64,000 nucleotides of DNA from an uncultured Rhodobacteraceae bacterium (GTDB lineage: Bacteria > Pseudomonadota > Alphaproteobacteria > Rhodobacterales > Rhodobacteraceae). The notes under the pieces were generated by a model. It searched no databases and was not told where the DNA came from. It saw only the letters and a program-made list of their open reading frames with translations. The DNA lies in assembly GCA_965662545.1 (NCBI GenBank), contig CBFIHZ010000002.1, positions 113,047 to 177,046 on the forward strand, read 5' to 3'. Of the stretch, positions 60,360 through 64,000 are shown one piece after another. Both the position numbers and the translations under genes were made by a program. Each line of letters starts with the position of its first letter. Positions within the stretch are counted from its first letter, which is position 1.

Positions 60360-60527
60360 CTGACGAGGGATAGTATAAGCTACAGATGGCGGGCTCCAAG
60401 TGACGCATTGCGTTCACGTGCGGCATTCTGCTTCTTTTCAGACCCCTCAAAGTAAAAGAGCGATCAAACGACACAACCTGACGACAGGGCAGTTGGAGCG
60501 CAGGTAGAATAATGAGGCAACGACACG

Positions 60528-63500
60528 ATGAAAATTGAACGTAAATTCACCGAGGCAGGCAAAGACGCATACGCAAACATAGAATTTGTTAAAACGTCGT
60601 CGGAAATCCGCAATCCCGATGGAACAATTGTATTTCACCTCGACGACGTAGAGGTGCCCGCTAGTTGGAGCCAAGTCGCATCGGATGTCTTAGCGCAAAA
60701 ATATTTTCGCAAAGCCGGCGTGCCTGCAAAGCTGCGCAAGAGCCGGGAAAAGGGCGTGCCGTCGTTTTTATGGCGGTCAGTGCCCGACGGCGACGCAGTG
60801 GCCTATGGTGGCGAGACGTCAAGCAAGCAGGTTTTTGACCGGTTAGCCGGTGCGTGGACCTATTGGGGCTGGAAGGGTGGCTATTTCACGTCAGAATCTG
60901 ACGCCTCAGCCTATTATGATGAAATGCGTTACATGCTGGCGACTCAACGGGCGGCGCCAAACAGTCCACAGTGGTTCAATACGGGGCTGCACTGGGCTTA
61001 TGGGATTGATGGGCCTAGCCAAGGTCATTTTTACGTCGACTACAAATCCGGCAAGCTGACCAAATCAACTGGAGCTTATGAACATCCGCAACCCCACGCT
61101 TGTTTCATTCAATCGGTCAGTGACGATCTGGTGAACGAGGGGGGAATCATGGACCTGTGGGTGCGTGAAGCGCGCCTGTTTAAGTACGGCTCTGGCACCG
61201 GGACGAACTTTAGTTCGCTGCGTGGATCAGGCGAAGCACTCTCTGGTGGCGGCCAATCATCGGGCTTAATGGGATTTCTAAAGATCGGCGACCGTGCAGC
61301 AGGTGCGATCAAATCGGGTGGCACCACCCGTCGGGCGGCCAAAATGGTCATTTGCGATGCAGACCATCCCGACATCGAGGAGTTTATCAATTGGAAAGTG
61401 CGCGAAGAGCAGAAAGTTGCCAGCATCGTCGCAGGTTCAAAGATGCACGAAGCCCGCTTGAACGAGATCTTTGGCGCGATAAGGGCGTGGGACGGCAGTA
61501 GCGAGGACGCGATCGACCCAGTTAAGAACGCTCAGTTGAAAGCAGCAATTCGCGCCGCAAAAAAAATGTCCATCCCCGAAACATATGTCAAACGCGTGCT
61601 AGATTACGCCAAACAGGGGTATGCCAGCATTGAGTTTCCAACCTATGATACAGATTGGGATTCCGAGGCCTATGCCTCGGTGTCGGGCCAGAATTCGAAC
61701 AACTCGATCCGAGTCACTGATGCATTCCTGAAAGCGGTGGAAAATGACGCAGACTGGGAATTAATTCGCCGCACAGATGGCAAAGTCGCCAAAACCATCA
61801 AGGCCCGCGCCCTGTGGGAAGACGTCGGTCACGCTGCTTGGTCTTGTGCCGATCCGGGCATTCAATATCACGATACAGTCAACGCGTGGCATACCTGTCC
61901 CGAAGATGGCGAAATTCGGGGCTCGAATCCATGTTCGGAATACATGTTCCTTGACGATACGGCCTGTAATCTTGCGTCGATGAACCTTCTGACGTTCTTA
62001 CAGGATGGTGTGTTCAACGCTGAGGAGTACATGCACGCCACCCGCCTGTGGACGCTGGCGTTGGAAGTCTCTGTCATGATGGCACAATTTCCGTCAAAGG
62101 AGATCGCCAACCGCAGCTATGAGTTCCGCACGCTTGGTCTTGGATTTGCAAATATAGGCGGTTTGCTAATGAACTTGGGCTACGGGTATGACAGCAATGA
62201 GGGGCGATCATTGTGTGGTGCACTTTCCGCAATCATGACTGGCGTGTCCTATGCAACCAGCGCGGAAATCGCTGGTGAGCTCGGGGCGTTCAGCGGTTAT
62301 GAGCGTAATAAAGACCATATGTTGCGAGTGATCCGCAATCACCGCAATGCCGCCCATGGCAATACCGACGGCTATGAGGGGCTTGCGATAAAACCGGTCC
62401 CACTGGATATGAAAAATTGCCCAGATCAGGATCTGGTAGATCTGGCCAAGATTTGTTGGGACGAAGCACTAACGTTGGGAGAGCGTCACGGATTTCGCAA
62501 CGCGCAAACCTCGGTCGTGGCGCCGACTGGCACAATTGGTCTGGTTATGGATTGCGACACCACCGGCATTGAGCCTGACTTTGCGCTGGTGAAATTTAAA
62601 AAACTTGCAGGTGGCGGTTATTTTAAAATCATTAACCAATCCGTTCCGGGCGCTCTGGAAAAGTTGGGCTATCCAAGTTCACAAATCGAAGAGATTGTGA
62701 GCTATGCCGTGGGCCACGGCAGTATCGGCAACGCACCGGCGATCAATCACACGTCACTGATCGGTCATGGGTTTGGTCCGGCAGAGCTTGATAAAATCGA
62801 AGCGGCGCTCGGGTCTGCTTTTGATATCCGGTTTGTGTTCAACCAATGGACCTTAGGGCAGGACTTTTGTACCAAGGTGTTAGGCGTCCCAAGCGAAAAA
62901 CTGTTGGACCCAACCTTTGACCTGCTGCGGCATTTGGGCTTTAGTAAGGCCGATATAGATCTGGCAAATGACCACGTCTGTGGCACAATGACCCTTGAAG
63001 GCGCGCCACATCTTAAATCAGAACATTACAGCATTTTTGATTGCGCCAATCCTTGTGGCAAGAAAGGCAAGCGTTATCTTAGCGTCAATAGCCACATTCA
63101 CATGATGGCGGCATCCCAGTCGTTTATCTCCGGGGCGATCTCCAAGACCATCAACATGCCGAACGATGCAACGATCGAAGACTGCCAAAAGGCCTATGAG
63201 TTGAGCTGGTCGCTTGGTGTCAAAGCAAACGCGCTGTACCGGGATGGGTCCAAACTCAGTCAACCACTGGCCACCGCTCTGGTGGAGGATGACGACGAAG
63301 CCGCCGAAATCCTTGAAACCGGCAGTATCAATGAAAAAGCCAAAGTGCTGGCTGAAAAAATCGTAGAGAAGGTGGTGATCAAGGAAATCGTACGCAGCAA
63401 CCGGGAAAAAATGCCCGAGCGGCGCAAGGGGTACACGCAGAAAGCCGTTGTTGGCGGACATAAAGTGTATTTGCGCACCGGGGAATACGGCGACGGTTCA

Positions 63501-64000
63501 CTGGGAGAGATTTTCATTGATATGCACAAAGAGGGCGCAGGCTTTCGGGCGATGATGAATAATTTCGCCATCGCTGTGTCCGTAGGGCTGCAATACGGTG
63601 TGCCTCTGGAAGAGTTTGTCGATGCCTTCACCTTTACCAAGTTCGAACCGGCGGGTCTGGTTCAGGGCAACGACAGTATCAAGAACGCCACCTCGATCCT
63701 TGATTATATTTTCAGAGAGCTTGCGGTGTCTTATCTTGACCGTACCGATCTTGCGCATGTCAAACCGGAAGGCGCCAGCTTTGATGATCTTGGTCGCGGC
63801 GAGGAAGAGGGGGTTTCAAACATCAAGGAATTGAGCGAAACAGCAGCAACTAAGTCTCTGGATGTGCTGAAACAAATCAGTTCATCGGGTTATTTACGCA
63901 AACGCCTGCCACAGGAATTGGTGGTCTTCCAAGGCGGGCAGGCCGTCGCTGGCAACGTTGCAGGTGACACGGCGCTCGCAACGGCGGCACAGATGGATGT
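60528..64000 (+). CDS. nrdJ: Adenosylcobalamin-dependent (class II) ribonucleotide reductase, long alphaproteobacterial form; 3' end cut by window edge
   Basis: My own translation of the frame starting at ATG 60528 is stop-free to nt 64000. It reads [20 protein letters not shown]...SEIRNPDGT...[20 protein letters not shown]...NSPQWFNTG...ACFIQSV...[13 protein letters not shown]...[10 protein letters not shown]...[19 protein letters not shown]...ISKTINMP. It is absent from the ORF track because it has no in-window stop. Confidence 0.93.
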   Translation, partial: MKIERKFTEAGKDAYANIEFVKTSSEIRNPDGTIVFHLDDVEVPASWSQVASDVLAQKYFRKAGVPAKLRKSREKGVPSFLWRSVPDGDAVAYGGETSSKQVFDRLAGAWTYWGWKGGYFTSESDASAYYDEMRYMLATQRAAPNSPQWFNTGLHWAYGIDGPSQGHFYVDYKSGKLTKSTGAYEHPQPHACFIQSVSDDLVNEGGIMDLWVREARLFKYGSGTGTNFSSLRGSGEALSGGGQSSGLMGFLKIGDRAAGAIKSGGTTRRAAKMVICDADHPDIEEFINWKVREEQKVASIVAGSKMHEARLNEIFGAIRAWDGSSEDAIDPVKNAQLKAAIRAAKKMSIPETYVKRVLDYAKQGYASIEFPTYDTDWDSEAYASVSGQNSNNSIRVTDAFLKAVENDADWELIRRTDGKVAKTIKARALWEDVGHAAWSCADPGIQYHDTVNAWHTCPEDGEIRGSNPCSEYMFLDDTACNLASMNLLTFLQDGVFNAEEYMHATRLWTLALEVSVMMAQFPSKEIANRSYEFRTLGLGFANIGGLLMNLGYGYDSNEGRSLCGALSAIMTGVSYATSAEIAGELGAFSGYERNKDHMLRVIRNHRNAAHGNTDGYEGLAIKPVPLDMKNCPDQDLVDLAKICWDEALTLGERHGFRNAQTSVVAPTGTIGLVMDCDTTGIEPDFALVKFKKLAGGGYFKIINQSVPGALEKLGYPSSQIEEIVSYAVGHGSIGNAPAINHTSLIGHGFGPAELDKIEAALGSAFDIRFVFNQWTLGQDFCTKVLGVPSEKLLDPTFDLLRHLGFSKADIDLANDHVCGTMTLEGAPHLKSEHYSIFDCANPCGKKGKRYLSVNSHIHMMAASQSFISGAISKTINMPNDATIEDCQKAYELSWSLGVKANALYRDGSKLSQPLATALVEDDDEAAEILETGSINEKAKVLAEKIVEKVVIKEIVRSNREKMPERRKGYTQKAVVGGHKVYLRTGEYGDGSLGEIFIDMHKEGAGFRAMMNNFAIAVSVGLQYGVPLEEFVDAFTFTKFEPAGLVQGNDSIKNATSILDYIFRELAVSYLDRTDLAHVKPEGASFDDLGRGEEEGVSNIKELSETAATKSLDVLKQISSSGYLRKRLPQELVVFQGGQAVAGNVAGDTALATAAQMD

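Noticed and set aside
60365-60390. Second NrdR box (GATAGTATAAGCTACA region)
   Set aside because: It has a partial TAG...CTA symmetry, but very few positions match the consensus at any register. Its spacing to the first box (about 24 bp) is also not the usual one.
60200-60527. Cobalamin riboswitch upstream of the B12-dependent nrdJ
   Set aside because: I looked for a B12-box-like element (GCCACTG-type core) and the surrounding conserved helices and found none. Only the NrdR-like palindrome stands out.
59882-60527. Integrated mobile element at tRNA-Pro
   Set aside because: There is no integrase or excisionase ORF, and I could find no duplicate of the tRNA 3' end in the window. Only the compositional anomaly remains, and that is reported as a low-interest finding.
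1-64000. CRISPR arrays, IS elements, rRNA genes, toxin-antitoxin or known defence-system genes
   Set aside because: I scanned the intergenic regions and ORF translations. There are no repeat-spacer arrays (the only tandem repeat has two copies). I saw no transposase, integrase or recombinase signatures, no rRNA-like sequence, and no nuclease/ATPase/methylase gene sets typical of defence islands.

Overview
This 64-kb window looks like a marine Rhodobacterales-type alphaproteobacterium. That is an inference from an ALA-synthase-type hemA, a GTTC-N7-GTTC SOS box in front of lexA, the conserved gltA-gltX-comEC-lexA-moeA-moaC-trpCDG block, sox genes and a long-form class II RNR. All family calls come from motifs read in the translations; no database search was possible.

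Layout:
- 1-7529: the tail of a sulfur-oxidation cluster (soxC, truncated, then soxD, soxE, soxF). hemA is wedged in, followed by two inverted SoxH/SoxG-like metallo-beta-lactamase-fold genes.
- About 7530-25600: a visibly AT-richer, gene-poor accessory region with no integrase or transposase. It holds two ankyrin-repeat proteins, a lipoprotein and small orphan ORFs. It also holds a convergent 6.3-kb cluster built around a RuBisCO-like protein, a DUF1537 sugar-acid kinase, two dehydrogenases and a 580-aa unknown protein; this best fits the oxidative D-apiose/D-apionate route. The rest is an orphan HlyD-type adaptor, an orphan sugar ABC permease, a small cupin with a DddK-like DMSP-lyase residue pattern coupled to a secreted ankyrin protein, a FosX-like gene and an EamA transporter.
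- 25600-59900: densely packed core genes (grxD, bolA, purL, lysR plus indolepyruvate oxidoreductase, murI, argC, ccmEFH, gltA, gltX, comEC, lexA, moeA, moaC, trpCDG, trpE, ppiD-like, gpt, fabI, pdxH, a tandem cold-shock protein, DUF192) and tRNA-Pro(UGG).
- 59900-64000: a very AT-rich spacer, then a 3.47-kb open frame for B12-dependent ribonucleotide reductase (nrdJ). This frame runs off the window and is missing from the supplied ORF track.

I did not find a convincing, entirely new multi-gene system. The most interesting candidates are the minimal RLP cluster, the DddK-like cupin plus secreted ankyrin pair, the ankyrin protein with a roughly 230-aa unrecognisable N-terminal domain, and a possible small RNA between lysR and purL.
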